Shown: piece after piece, positions 1 to 9,953 of the stretch
Numbering within the stretch: position 1 is the stretch's first letter
Layout: the number at the start of each line of letters is the position of its first letter
IMG/VR virus record: IMGVR_UViG_3300031993_000003
Direction: 5' to 3' (one strand)
DNA from: a virus
DNA: 64,000 bases
Program-made: the position numbers and the translations under genes
The notes under the pieces: generated by a model
What the model saw: only the letters and a program-made list of their open reading frames with translations
The model's database searches: none
What the model was told of the DNA's origin: nothing

Positions 1-3000
1 AAGGCAGCCACCATAAGGGATTTCGTGACCGGTGTCCCCCTGAAGCCGGAGGAGATGCTCCCGGACGAGCACGGTATCCACCCGGTGAGCCCCCTGGGTT
101 TCCTGAACAAGGACGGGGAGGCACTGGGAGTGCATGACAGTACCGAGTGCTTCATGCCGTACAAGGTCGACGGGCTTACGCCTGAACAGGCCTACCTGGA
201 ATCCTACGTGGTCGAGGGGAAGTACAGCGTGTTTACCGGGGATGCCGTGGCCTTCCCGGTGCTTTCCATGGCAAGGGACGGGAACTACCTGGTCGTTACC
301 GTGGAGGAGACCGTCCCTGACAACGAGAACCAGGAGTTCTACTTCCGCAACGTGACTTCGGACGACTATTCGTCTACAGGAATCCCGATGGACCGGGGAA
401 GCGCAATCGGCTCGTTTTCCATTGCTCATTCCGCATCCGGTTCAGTTATCCGCATAAGCTTCAGTGGGAGTTTCTCGGGCATAGTGGGTGCGGGCAAGCT
501 GCTGCTATGCGTGAAGATGACACAGAACTCCATGACCCAGAATACCAAGAAGTACCTGTGTGTAAGCGGTAACGAAGACCCGCAGAAGAACGGTATATTT
601 ATTCCGGGTACCGACGTGGAGGACGAGTTCAGGAAGCTGTTCAACTACGGGGAACTTATCCCGGTAGAAATGGAATGTTCCTTCGACCTGATGATAGCAT
701 ACGATTCCGGTGCATACAATTACCTGAACGTGATGCATACCGACGGTACAGTGGAACCGATATACAACTCGTGCGCAGGGTCGTATGAGTTCAGGTATGA
801 CGGTGCATATGACGGCCGCCAGGCGGGTGACGACTTCAACCACGTGAAGATGGTTTGCACCGGCCTTCACTTCGACCACGTTGCTGTTTCCGGGATGAAT
901 CCGCTTTTCTCCACTAGATGCAACCATCACGGGGAATGGGGTCCGTACCTTTCGTCACTGGAGAATTCCGGGGCCAACAAGAAGATGTGTGTGGTGCGGG
1001 GACCGGGAGAATTGATAGAACTGTACAGTCACGATATTCCGCCAAAACACTATCCCTTGGTCCAGTCGGCAGCATGTGATTCTACTCATTCTGTGCCAGC
1101 AAACCTCTTCCCCAGCGAAGTGGAGGAGAATGCGCTGTTCTATCAGATGTCCGACGCGTTCTCGTATGAGAACCCGAGCGATGGGAAGCTATATAACGAC
1201 TTCTACCTTTACATCTACAACATCAAGTATACCGAGAACAAGTGCTACGCGAGCAACGGCTACAGCGACCGGGAGGTTTCCGACTGGGTGCGCGAGAAGC
1301 TCGGCCCGGTAATCGGGCACGGCAAGCACCCGTATTCTGCCGAGGGAAGGCTGGACGGTGCCGGCGCCTTTACCAGGTGGTTCGCATCGTGCGCCGACGT
1401 GGATATCTCGGGAGGTGCGGGAAACCGCCAGGTGAACATTCCCGGTTTCGGACTGGGCGCCGGGTATACCGGCAAGTGCAACACTGCATCGTATGACGGG
1501 AGCATTCCCGAGGAAGGGCTGGAACCGGGCGGCAGGTGGCTCACTTTCGGCTACGGCACGAAGCATGACGCGGAGCAGGTAGAGGTCGGCAAGACAGCAC
1601 TCCCGCTCGACTGGCCGTTCACCGACGTGGTCACCGGGGTGGACGAGTCCACCGAGAACAACATCACCCTATCAAGGGACGGCGTCGAGGCTGACGGTAC
1701 TCTGTACGGTCGGCTGGCTAAGTACGACGAGTGTGCCACCTGTGGAGGCACCGGGGAAGTCTCCGGCGAGCCCTGCCCGGACTGCTGCGGTACAGGCTAT
1801 GCGAAGACCGGTACGCTCATGAACCGGGTGCACGTGTGCCTATATAACGACTTCACTCCTACCGACAACAAGAATGGGCATGTCGACGGCACCACCGTGC
1901 TCAAGAAGACATTCATCAACCTGGCTGCGCCGATTGACACCGACGACGGGGACGAGTTCGAGGTGACAGTTTCGCTTCCCAATGTCAACCTCCCGGATGC
2001 TTTCCCGGTACCTGCCGAGCCTACCAGGCCGGCTGATGGTGCCACTGCCGAAGAGATATCGGCATATGAGACGGCATACGCTGCATACGAGACCGCATGC
2101 AGGAAGAACCAGAGCGGATACTACTCCTTCGTCTCCCAGCCGAGAGTATACGTAATCAGCGGCGCATGGAAGTTCAGTGACAGCAAGGTGGAGGTGGACA
2201 ACCCGGTAACGGACAGTTCCGTAGAGGAGACCGCCACGGTGACATCCTTCGACATCAAGGATGCATTCGAGGGGATTCCTGACGGCACCAGGATACGTGC
2301 TACAATTGTAAGCTCGGGCTACCCGTCCGAGGAGACAACCTTTACCGGCGAACTTTCCGACTCTACGGTAACGCTCGACTGCGGCCAGGAGGTCACCTTC
2401 CGCCGTGGTATATCCTATACCATATGTGGCGCCGCCTACGTTGAAGAGAACAACGAGACCCTTCCGGATGGAAGCACTCCAATCGGGCTCAACAACGCCC
2501 GCCGTTCCGGGGAGGGCGGACTTGGTCCCGACTACGGTAACGGAGAAGGAATCCAGGTGTACAACCGTATGTACGGCGTGGACGACGAAGGAAGGGAACA
2601 GGTAATCACGCAGTCCGACAAGCGGCAGGTCGTCGCGACGGTATACCCGACCGTGACCAACACTTTCGCCTGGGAGCTTTCCGGACGCAAGACACTGAAC
2701 CACCTGGACAGCCTCATGACTATGGCCGCCGAGGACGGCGCATCCAGCATAATGTCTCGAATCGCGTGGATGAACCGGCAGATACTTGCCGGCCACCAGG
2801 CCTTTGTCGACGCGGCTGGTCCGGACTTTGCGCTTACCCCGGAGGAATACCCGATTGACATGTCCAGGGTGACCGCGCCCGATTCCTCGGAAGGTTACTC
2901 GTACATCGCCAGCGTGCTGCAGGTGGCACCTGCGGTTGCCGGGGATGACGGTACCGTGAACGCGGAATCCAACCCGGTGCGCCAGGCGCTCAGGGCGGTT

Positions 3001-4755
3001 GGAATGCTCGCGGAGGACTACAGGAACGCCAGGGCCCGTACCGGAGAGCTGCAGCTCGGACAGGACGACAGCTTCACCGCCGAGCCTTCCCCGGTTACAC
3101 GTGACTGGGCCGGGATGTTCTCCGGGTCCACCTACGCTATTTCCGGGAGCGACGAGGACGAGGCCGCAAGGTCAATCCGCCTCAGGAACCTCGCGCCGGT
3201 AGTCTCCGGCACTGCTGCCAAGGACGACCTTACCCCGGTATCCCCGCTGCTCGACATGCATCCCTACGTGTGGGACGACGGAACCACGAGGACAGTATCA
3301 GAGTTCCATGCCGGCAACCCGTACGGATACGGGGAGTACGCCAGTACGGACGCCGTGCAGGAGGCCCCGTGCGACTTCGTCAACGATACGTACGGCAAGG
3401 CATATGTCGGCAACAGCTTCGCCATGGCCTGCCTCGCCAGGCACCCGTCATGGCTCGATGACGCAGACTCGAGGGACGACCTGCTCAGGGCCGTGGAGAT
3501 TGCCGCGGTAGACCTCGGGCAGGAAGTGCTTTCCGCATACATGGAAGGTACCTCTCCTTCCTGGATGCAGCCGTTCAACGCCTTCGGCTCCCTGGTCTCT
3601 CCCGACAACATCCCGGTGCCTGCCGCGGGGGCTACCTCCTGCGACAGCGACGACGATGCAGCCACCTGGTACGGCGTGGACGCTTACAACTACTATTCGA
3701 TACTGAAGGGGGACACCGGGAGCAACTGGGGGCTCATCGCCACCGAGATGGGTGACACCGAGCCCGGTCTTTCCGAGATTTCAGCCTTCCTCGCCAACTA
3801 CGTCCCGAGCTACGGTGCAGACCTCCCGGTGCGCAACTGGGACAGCTTCAGGGTCAGGGTGAAGAGGACTGACCAGGTAACTACGGACCCCGTGTACCTC
3901 GCGAGGATGAAGTGGTACGGGAACAGCTGCGGCGACTCATTCAGGGGACGCTACGTGGCGGACGCATTCATAGGCAGCGACGGGTACGAGGACGTCAACC
4001 TCAATACCGTCAAGATGACCGAGGTGGCCCGCAACTCGGGAGCAACCCCGTATGCACTGGGAGGTTCCTTCGACCCGACCAGGGGTGACGCGGTGGAACC
4101 GTTCAGCACGGAGTCCGACAAGGGCTCGGTGGCCTACATCAGGATGTTCATGAAGTTCACCTTCTCGGCCGATGCCGGTAGGTGGTACTGCACGGACTAC
4201 CGGCAGGCCCCGGTGTCGTACCTGTCCCCCCTATACGGTGCTCAGTCGCTCGAGGAGGAGATAGACGGCAAGCGCATATGGACCGAACCGGCATGCCCCG
4301 TGTTCGGGTGGAAGGAGGCCACCAGGCACACGTACGGCGAGTACATGCCGATGGACATCAACCCCGTCCTCGTTGAAGAGGTGATGACGGAAAGCAACGG
4401 CATGACCCGTCTGATGCAGCCGGCAAATGCCGTCGACTACGGCGGGCTCGGCCTTTCCGCCCCGTACAACAAGTCGGGTAACACCTGGTTGAGCCCGGCG
4501 GACCGGCAGTGTGCCAACTTCTGGAGCGTCCGGGAGAACCTACGGCCTGCCACCGGGGTGCTCACCGGGACATATGTTCCCAGCTACAGTCAGTCGGGCA
4601 GCACGAAAACCTACGGTGAGAGCGGGGGCATAATGTCCGACGCCGTCCTGTGGGGTCAGTACGACTACCCGGCCAAGGGAGCGCCCGAGTACCACTTGCC
4701 GGATACGGAGGTACCGGAAGTTGACCATACGCAGGATGATTTACCGGCGACATAG
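1..4755 (+). CDS. Very large hypothetical protein (>1576 aa), 5'-partial; the frame is open from base 1. It contains a CxxC…CxxC cluster (…CATCGGTGEVSGEPCPDCCGTGY…); it may be a virion or structural protein.
   Basis: A single uninterrupted 4.7-kb ORF with no in-frame stop back to the window start; coding-like GC3; the antisense ORFs inside it are shorter and low-complexity. Confidence 0.7.
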   Translation, partial: KAATIRDFVTGVPLKPEEMLPDEHGIHPVSPLGFLNKDGEALGVHDSTECFMPYKVDGLTPEQAYLESYVVEGKYSVFTGDAVAFPVLSMARDGNYLVVTVEETVPDNENQEFYFRNVTSDDYSSTGIPMDRGSAIGSFSIAHSASGSVIRISFSGSFSGIVGAGKLLLCVKMTQNSMTQNTKKYLCVSGNEDPQKNGIFIPGTDVEDEFRKLFNYGELIPVEMECSFDLMIAYDSGAYNYLNVMHTDGTVEPIYNSCAGSYEFRYDGAYDGRQAGDDFNHVKMVCTGLHFDHVAVSGMNPLFSTRCNHHGEWGPYLSSLENSGANKKMCVVRGPGELIELYSHDIPPKHYPLVQSAACDSTHSVPANLFPSEVEENALFYQMSDAFSYENPSDGKLYNDFYLYIYNIKYTENKCYASNGYSDREVSDWVREKLGPVIGHGKHPYSAEGRLDGAGAFTRWFASCADVDISGGAGNRQVNIPGFGLGAGYTGKCNTASYDGSIPEEGLEPGGRWLTFGYGTKHDAEQVEVGKTALPLDWPFTDVVTGVDESTENNITLSRDGVEADGTLYGRLAKYDECATCGGTGEVSGEPCPDCCGTGYAKTGTLMNRVHVCLYNDFTPTDNKNGHVDGTTVLKKTFINLAAPIDTDDGDEFEVTVSLPNVNLPDAFPVPAEPTRPADGATAEEISAYETAYAAYETACRKNQSGYYSFVSQPRVYVISGAWKFSDSKVEVDNPVTDSSVEETATVTSFDIKDAFEGIPDGTRIRATIVSSGYPSEETTFTGELSDSTVTLDCGQEVTFRRGISYTICGAAYVEENNETLPDGSTPIGLNNARRSGEGGLGPDYGNGEGIQVYNRMYGVDDEGREQVITQSDKRQVVATVYPTVTNTFAWELSGRKTLNHLDSLMTMAAEDGASSIMSRIAWMNRQILAGHQAFVDAAGPDFALTPEEYPIDMSRVTAPDSSEGYSYIASVLQVAPAVAGDDGTVNAESNPVRQALRAVGMLAEDYRNARARTGELQLGQDDSFTAEPSPVTRDWAGMFSGSTYAISGSDEDEAARSIRLRNLAPVVSGTAAKDDLTPVSPLLDMHPYVWDDGTTRTVSEFHAGNPYGYGEYASTDAVQEAPCDFVNDTYGKAYVGNSFAMACLARHPSWLDDADSRDDLLRAVEIAAVDLGQEVLSAYMEGTSPSWMQPFNAFGSLVSPDNIPVPAAGATSCDSDDDAATWYGVDAYNYYSILKGDTGSNWGLIATEMGDTEPGLSEISAFLANYVPSYGADLPVRNWDSFRVRVKRTDQVTTDPVYLARMKWYGNSCGDSFRGRYVADAFIGSDGYEDVNLNTVKMTEVARNSGATPYALGGSFDPTRGDAVEPFSTESDKGSVAYIRMFMKFTFSADAGRWYCTDYRQAPVSYLSPLYGAQSLEEEIDGKRIWTEPACPVFGWKEATRHTYGEYMPMDINPVLVEEVMTESNGMTRLMQPANAVDYGGLGLSAPYNKSGNTWLSPADRQCANFWSVRENLRPATGVLTGTYVPSYSQSGSTKTYGESGGIMSDAVLWGQYDYPAKGAPEYHLPDTEVPEVDHTQDDLPAT

Positions 4756-5029
4756 TGGTCCGTACAGTCGGCGATACCACCAGGGACGATGCGCTTTCGA
4801 TATCCAACGGCTCCGGCCACAACTAGCCGAATTTTGAAAATCCATAAACTACGAAAACGGCTTATGGATTGATGAGATGGCGGACAGCGTACACAAGCAG
4901 AAGAGGATTTCGCAACTCGCCCAGGCGGTGGTCGAGCAGGGCCGAGACATAGTCACCGAGATAATCAGCTCCAGGACGGAGGCGGCCAAGTGGTCCGTCC
5001 CCATCGACTACGCGAAGCCGGCATAACAA

Positions 5030-5434
5030 CTAGGTAGTCCCGCCGAACTTCACCGTATTGTGCATGAAGAACCGGAGTCCGCACCCGTGGCACTCCCGGA
5101 AGCTCCCGCGTATGTCATCGTGCGCAGGCAGTGCGGGCCCGTCGGTTCCCTTCCCGCATGATGGACACTTGAACCCGACAATGAACTTGTGCAGGCTAGA
5201 CCTGGCGGGCAGGGTGATGTCGACCGTGCCGTCATCCCAGAAGCGCACCGGGACTTCCGGGTGCTCCTTCATGAAGTTTGCAACGTGCCCGATGTTCGGG
5301 TTTATTTCCAGCAGTTCGTCTACGGTCATAGCAGGTACTTCACCGATGCGGCCAGCCCGAAGCCAACTGCAACAATCAAGGGCATCGCAAGTACTATCCC
5401 GGCAGTGTACCAGAACAGCCTCCTCAGGTTCCAC
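5030..5434 (-). CDS. Hypothetical protein with C-terminal Cys pairs (CPSCG…CHGCG), zinc-ribbon-like.
   Basis: ORF on the minus strand in a block of minus-strand genes; the opposite-strand ORF 5058-5483 is low-complexity. Confidence 0.45.
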   Translation of the reverse strand: MEPEEAVLVHCRDSTCDALDCCSWLRAGRIGEVPAMTVDELLEINPNIGHVANFMKEHPEVPVRFWDDGTVDITLPARSSLHKFIVGFKCPSCGKGTDGPALPAHDDIRGSFRECHGCGLRFFMHNTVKFGGTT

Positions 5435-5556
5435 TCGTCGTTTTCTATGCTGTACAGCTTCAGGTAGTCCATGGAGTATATGAACTCGGCGGCCAGGACT
5501 AGCCAGGCGAGCTCGAACATGTTCAGGTACTGGTTCTGGGGAACTCTCGTTATCAT
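5326..5556 (-). CDS. Small hydrophobic (2-TM) protein.
   Basis: 76-aa ORF with two hydrophobic stretches; overlaps the neighbouring ORF, so the true start is uncertain. Confidence 0.35.
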   Translation of the reverse strand: MITRVPQNQYLNMFELAWLVLAAEFIYSMDYLKLYSIENDEWNLRRLFWYTAGIVLAMPLIVAVGFGLAASVKYLL

Positions 5557-5565
5557 GCTACGAAA

Positions 5566-6231
5566 CTACATCAAATCGATGGTTTCGTCCTGGTTAGCCA
5601 CCGGTGCGTCGTCAACCCAGAGCTGCACCGGGATATCGGACGTCTCGTCGTCCAGTTGGCCAATGAACTGGTATCCGCTCCTGGCGAGCCCCTCGATGCA
5701 CTCCTTGTCGGTGGAGTCAACCACGATGAACGTGGGGGTGTCCAGGGCGTTAATCTGGGCACGGAGCTCCTGTCCTACTCCGCAGTTCCGGTACTCGTCG
5801 GCAACCGCGAAGAACTCCTGTTGTACGCGGCCGTCCAGGTTGTAGCCGCTGAGGAGGCTGTAGTACTTGATGGGGCAGACCCCGCGGTAGTCCTCCTTGG
5901 TAGGGTCGATGAGGTTAGCGGCCGCCACCGGGAAGTCGTCGTCGGTGATGTAGACCACCGTGACGGAGTTCAGTAGCCTGTCCAGTGTGCTCGGCGTGGC
6001 CACCGGGACGTGGTTGTCACTAGGAGGTACGATGTCGTTCTTACCGTCGATGACCGCCGCGATGTCCCTCAGTGTGGACTCGTCAATGTCCGCGGGGGAC
6101 TTGGCGAACGCCTTGAAGCGTTCCGGGTCGAGTTTCGGCGCATCGGCGGTGATTTCTTCCTGCGAGCCGATAGCCTCGCACATGATGAGTGCGGTATCCA
6201 TGCCTTCCATGTCGGAGAATATGCTGTTCAT
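5566..6231 (-). CDS. Hypothetical protein.
   Basis: 221-aa ORF, minus strand, tightly packed with neighbours. Confidence 0.55.
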   Translation of the reverse strand: MNSIFSDMEGMDTALIMCEAIGSQEEITADAPKLDPERFKAFAKSPADIDESTLRDIAAVIDGKNDIVPPSDNHVPVATPSTLDRLLNSVTVVYITDDDFPVAAANLIDPTKEDYRGVCPIKYYSLLSGYNLDGRVQQEFFAVADEYRNCGVGQELRAQINALDTPTFIVVDSTDKECIEGLARSGYQFIGQLDDETSDIPVQLWVDDAPVANQDETIDLM

Positions 6232-6233
6232 TA

Positions 6234-6710
6234 TCAGTACTCCCAGGTATTGTCCTCGGCGTTGTACGTCCCGCCGCTAGTCAAGGTGTTGTTCTCTGCG
6301 TTGTTGTATGCCGTCTCGTCACAGCAAGGCGGCGCAGAAAGGTCCAGGTTCTCCCGGTTGATGATGCGTGAGAACGTGTTGGCAAGAGCCTTCGTGTTTC
6401 CCCTGTTCAGGTCGTCGTAAATCTTCTTGGCGGCCTTCCAGGACTCGGTGTCCTCCACCCGGGAGGAATCCTGTATTTCCGTATGGATTCCGTCGGCAAT
6501 CTTCAGGGCGAGCTCGGTTACGCTGTCGCGGTTCACCGGGGCGTTCTCCGGCATACCCAGGGAAAGCTGCTGCTTGCCCCCGGTGCTGCACCCGGAGAAT
6601 ATGGTTCCTGCAACCAGTGCGCCTATGGTGAGCGCCTTCCGGATGAAACCGGATTCGGCCAGGGCGGCCTCGTAACCCTCCATAAGGGCGATTTTCAGTT
6701 CGGAATCCAT
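6234..6710 (-). CDS. Putative lipoprotein (hydrophobic signal peptide followed by FSGC lipobox).
   Basis: N-terminal …ALTIGALVAGTIFSGCSTGG… looks like a signal peptide with a lipobox cysteine. Confidence 0.5.
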   Translation of the reverse strand: MDSELKIALMEGYEAALAESGFIRKALTIGALVAGTIFSGCSTGGKQQLSLGMPENAPVNRDSVTELALKIADGIHTEIQDSSRVEDTESWKAAKKIYDDLNRGNTKALANTFSRIINRENLDLSAPPCCDETAYNNAENNTLTSGGTYNAEDNTWEY

Positions 6711-6769
6711 GGAAACCTTCGGGTTTTCTAGCAGTTTATCATTATATTGAAGTAGTTTCAGTATAAAAC

Positions 6770-6782
6770 TTTGCTATATTTG
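6770..6782 (+). promoter_or_regulatory. TTTGCTATATTTG promoter 13-mer (Bacteroidota-type -7 box TAnnTTTG).
   Basis: Exact 13-mer; GAGGAGG lies 2 nt after the motif and the ATG at 6800 is 18 nt downstream. Confidence 0.6.
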
Positions 6783-6799
6783 AGAGGAGGAATTCAATC

Positions 6800-7066
6800 A
6801 TGAATGCCAGACTTGAGGACTTTTCAGCAGACTACGTGGTCGTACCGATGTTCAACGCGGGCAACTACGGCATCACCAACGTCGACCGTGGCGACATGAC
6901 CGACAAGGAGTGGGCCGTGTGGAACCGTGTCAGGACGGTGCCGGAAATCAAGGCTGCAATCAAGTCAGCGCCTAGACCCCAGGAAATACCGGGGAAGGTC
7001 CTCGCAGTACTAGAAGAGAGAGGAATCGCAAGATGTCTAACAAACCAGGAACGACCTATCATGTAA
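6800..7066 (+). CDS. Hypothetical protein.
   Basis: ORF preceded by the promoter 13-mer and a GAGGAGG ribosome-binding site. Confidence 0.55.
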   Translation: MNARLEDFSADYVVVPMFNAGNYGITNVDRGDMTDKEWAVWNRVRTVPEIKAAIKSAPRPQEIPGKVLAVLEERGIARCLTNQERPIM

Positions 7067-7875
7067 CCGAGGCCGACTGCCGGACGGCATTCGACCAGTG
7101 TAGGGGATGCAACTACGTCTCGTCCAACGAGCGGTACAGGGACTGTGCAGACCGGGTGTACCTCTATATAGCGGAGGATACTGACCTGGTTAACGCATAC
7201 GCCGCCAGAATCAACGACCAGGCCAGGTCGTATCTCCAGCAGGTATACTCCGAGGTCAACTGGAACAAGTATGACCACATCATGATTATTACCGCCGGTA
7301 TGCTCCGGTGGGTCACCGTGATGTCCGCCATCTGCGAGTACATGGACCGCACCAGGAAGATTGGCGAGGCCAAGAAGATGCTCATCTGGGCGGCCAACAG
7401 GCTCACCCGCAGCTGCGCGGCCACCGACTTCGTAGCCCGTTTCGCCGACCAGTTCGGACTCCAGTGCGACGGCCGCCGGGAGGAGGTCTGCCGCATCTAT
7501 GCCATAGCCATGCTTATAGGCATCTTCGGTCATGAACTGGGCCACATGTGTCTCGGCCACTGCGGGGAGACCGCGCAGCGCGAGCAGAGTTCCGTATCCA
7601 GGAACAACGAGCGCTCCGCCGACATGTTCGCCTCGTCCGTCGCCCAGTCACTGGCAAACGGTTTCGCAGGTGCAGTGGGTGCAGTGTTCGCCGACATATC
7701 GTTCATGTGGATGGACGGGAAGCACAACAAGATGTATGGCGGCAAGGAATCCGAGTTCGCCACCCACCCGATGTCACGTGAACGTGTCGAGATGTTCATC
7801 GACTCGTTCAACACAGTGCTTGCCACTTCCCCGATTTCGGCAAAGATGCTCCGCAAGCTCATGAAGGACGCATAA
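7033..7875 (+). CDS. Putative zinc metallopeptidase (HExxH: FGHELGHMCLGH).
   Basis: An HELGH motif with a downstream Glu/Asp-rich segment; 280 aa. Confidence 0.45.
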   Translation: MSNKPGTTYHVTEADCRTAFDQCRGCNYVSSNERYRDCADRVYLYIAEDTDLVNAYAARINDQARSYLQQVYSEVNWNKYDHIMIITAGMLRWVTVMSAICEYMDRTRKIGEAKKMLIWAANRLTRSCAATDFVARFADQFGLQCDGRREEVCRIYAIAMLIGIFGHELGHMCLGHCGETAQREQSSVSRNNERSADMFASSVAQSLANGFAGAVGAVFADISFMWMDGKHNKMYGGKESEFATHPMSRERVEMFIDSFNTVLATSPISAKMLRKLMKDA

Positions 7876-8360
7876 TGGCTACAGTAAACGTAGAAGTCAC
7901 CGAGTTCACCGTACAGTACGTGCTCAAGGAAATCGAGCGGGACCTCCCGAAGATGCTCCCGGTGAGCAAGTATTCAGTCGAACTGGAACTCGAGATACCG
8001 GACGACCTTCAGCAGTACCTCCCGGCCTACGTCGAGGGTATGAAGCTGAGGGACAACCCGGATATCAAGGGCGGAAAGGACGGGGCACTCATCCCGGAAT
8101 ACGATGCCCCGAGGGAGGTCGTCAAGAAGTGGAAGAAGTTCCTGATGACCAACTACGACGACGCATTCGACAAGACCACCGGTCCCGACATGGTAATCGA
8201 CTCGGCAATCAGCTGCACACTGGAGGACTCCATCAAGGACTCGCTCGAGTCCCTGTGGGACGAGACACTAGAGGAGTCGCTGGGGGCTGCTCCCGAGGTG
8301 CCCCCGGGATACCGCCGGGATACCCGGTTCATTCACCTGGTTGACTGGAAGGTAAAATAA
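7875..8360 (+). CDS. Hypothetical protein.
   Basis: 161-aa ORF; its start overlaps the upstream stop (ATAATGG). Confidence 0.5.
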   Translation: MATVNVEVTEFTVQYVLKEIERDLPKMLPVSKYSVELELEIPDDLQQYLPAYVEGMKLRDNPDIKGGKDGALIPEYDAPREVVKKWKKFLMTNYDDAFDKTTGPDMVIDSAISCTLEDSIKDSLESLWDETLEESLGAAPEVPPGYRRDTRFIHLVDWKVK

Positions 8361-8414
8361 CCAATGGGGCTACCGGGAGGTAGCCTCTTGCAATAGTTTA
8401 ATTAGCGAGGAAAT

Positions 8415-9233
8415 ATGATGCACGAGTTCTTCGAGAGACTGGAAGTGTTCTCCCTGATACAGGCGGACCCCAAGTACAAGTCATTCACCTACGACAAGAT
8501 ACCGATGGTGGGTGTTACCAAGGTGTGCCAGGCATGCACGCCTCCTTTCGACAAGGTGTCTGCTGCGACCAAGAAGGCAGCCAAGCTGACTGCGGAAGGT
8601 ACCCCTACCACGCCTGAACAGCTCATAGCCGAGTGGGACCTCTCTGGAAAGATTTCGACGGAACTGGGATGCGCCCTGCATTCCTACATCGAGGCTTCTC
8701 TCGCCAACAAGTTCGCCCGCTACCCTGCCGACGAAATCAAGAAGGCGTTCCAGGGAGAGGACCCGGTGTTCCAGAGGTACACCAAGGTATGCACCCAGTT
8801 CGACGCGATGCGCGATAAGTTCCGCGGCAAGATGATACCGGTGGCATCAGAGCTAGTGGTCGGCGACCCCTCGACGATGATATGCGGCATCATCGACCAG
8901 CTCTTCTGGAACAAGACGGCGAACGAGTTCCAGATTTGGGACTGGAAGACGAACAAGGAACTCAAGATGTCCTCCCAGTTCATGCTGAACGACCCCCTGG
9001 GACACGTATCTACATCGGACGTGGACAAGTTCTCGCTGCAGGTTTCATTCTACAAGAAGATTTTCACCAAGATGACGGGCATACCCATCGGCAACTGCTA
9101 CATCTGCTGGTTCTCCTCGGAACGCGAGGCGGGACAGATAATCCCGGTCAAGGACATGAGCAGGGAAGTGGAGATACTGGAGCAGCTCTCGACGAAGCAG
9201 CGCGGCATCGTTGACCAGAATTCGGTATTCTAA
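8415..9233 (+). CDS. PD-(D/E)xK-family nuclease (RecB/Cas4-like motifs GIIDQLF … QIWDWKTNK).
   Basis: Motif II 'hhhD' and motif III 'E/D-x-K' spaced as in RecB-family phage exonucleases. Confidence 0.45.
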   Translation: MMHEFFERLEVFSLIQADPKYKSFTYDKIPMVGVTKVCQACTPPFDKVSAATKKAAKLTAEGTPTTPEQLIAEWDLSGKISTELGCALHSYIEASLANKFARYPADEIKKAFQGEDPVFQRYTKVCTQFDAMRDKFRGKMIPVASELVVGDPSTMICGIIDQLFWNKTANEFQIWDWKTNKELKMSSQFMLNDPLGHVSTSDVDKFSLQVSFYKKIFTKMTGIPIGNCYICWFSSEREAGQIIPVKDMSREVEILEQLSTKQRGIVDQNSVF

Positions 9234-9541
9234 TGGATATAGAGAAGATAGAGAAGATTAAGGCGTCGTTCACCGACGAGCAGAGGGAACTCTACAACGT
9301 GCTGCTGGGCGATACGGAGAAGCTCCACCGCGAGTGGAAGCTCTGCCACGACATGTACAGGAAGGCGGCCGCCGTGCTCAACGCCAAGGAGACAGGGCCG
9401 GAGGTCCGCCTCCTTCTTCGTCCGGCATCTACGGACTACTGGAACCGCCGCAGGCTCGCTCTCGAGCGCACCATGGAACAGGTAGGCATGAACGACCTGC
9501 TGGTTACCTGGCGCAAGGAGGCCTCGGATGCCGAGAAGTAA
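9233..9541 (+). CDS. Hypothetical protein.
   Basis: 102-aa ORF with start overlapping the upstream stop. Confidence 0.45.
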   Translation: MDIEKIEKIKASFTDEQRELYNVLLGDTEKLHREWKLCHDMYRKAAAVLNAKETGPEVRLLLRPASTDYWNRRRLALERTMEQVGMNDLLVTWRKEASDAEK

Positions 9542-9953
9542 GAAGCCCCTGGCCACTTTCACGGTGGACCTCATCGAGGCATCCACTCCTACCAAGGAAG
9601 GACGCATATATCCCCCGGAACTTGTCGAGAAGCTCCTCCAGCAGATACTGGAGAAGCCCATTACAATAGAGGAGGTCTCCCCTATAGAGCGCAAGGCGAA
9701 GGGGATTCCCGTGTGCTACTCGTGGCCGGAACACGCGATGGCGAACTCCACCGGTGCCGAAATCGTCGATAACCACCTCATGGTAAATTTCGACATCATC
9801 AACAACAAGTTCGGCAAGCTCCTCAAGAAGACATACGACGAGCATAAAATGAAGTTCATCCCGGTAGGCACCGGGGATGTGAACGACAAGAACGAGGTGA
9901 CCGACTACACGATGCAGTACGTTACCTTCAAGGTGGAAGATGGGCAGGATTAA
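9528..9953 (+). CDS. Hypothetical protein.
   Basis: 141-aa ORF, operon-like overlap. Confidence 0.45.
   Translation: MPRSKKPLATFTVDLIEASTPTKEGRIYPPELVEKLLQQILEKPITIEEVSPIERKAKGIPVCYSWPEHAMANSTGAEIVDNHLMVNFDIINNKFGKLLKKTYDEHKMKFIPVGTGDVNDKNEVTDYTMQYVTFKVEDGQD

Noticed and set aside
1840-2796. 318-aa antisense ORF (and several others of 60-170 aa) inside the giant + strand gene.
   Set aside because: It is embedded in the opposite strand of a long, high-GC coding ORF. Long antisense ORFs are expected by chance in GC-rich DNA, and no start or ribosome-binding-site context supports them.
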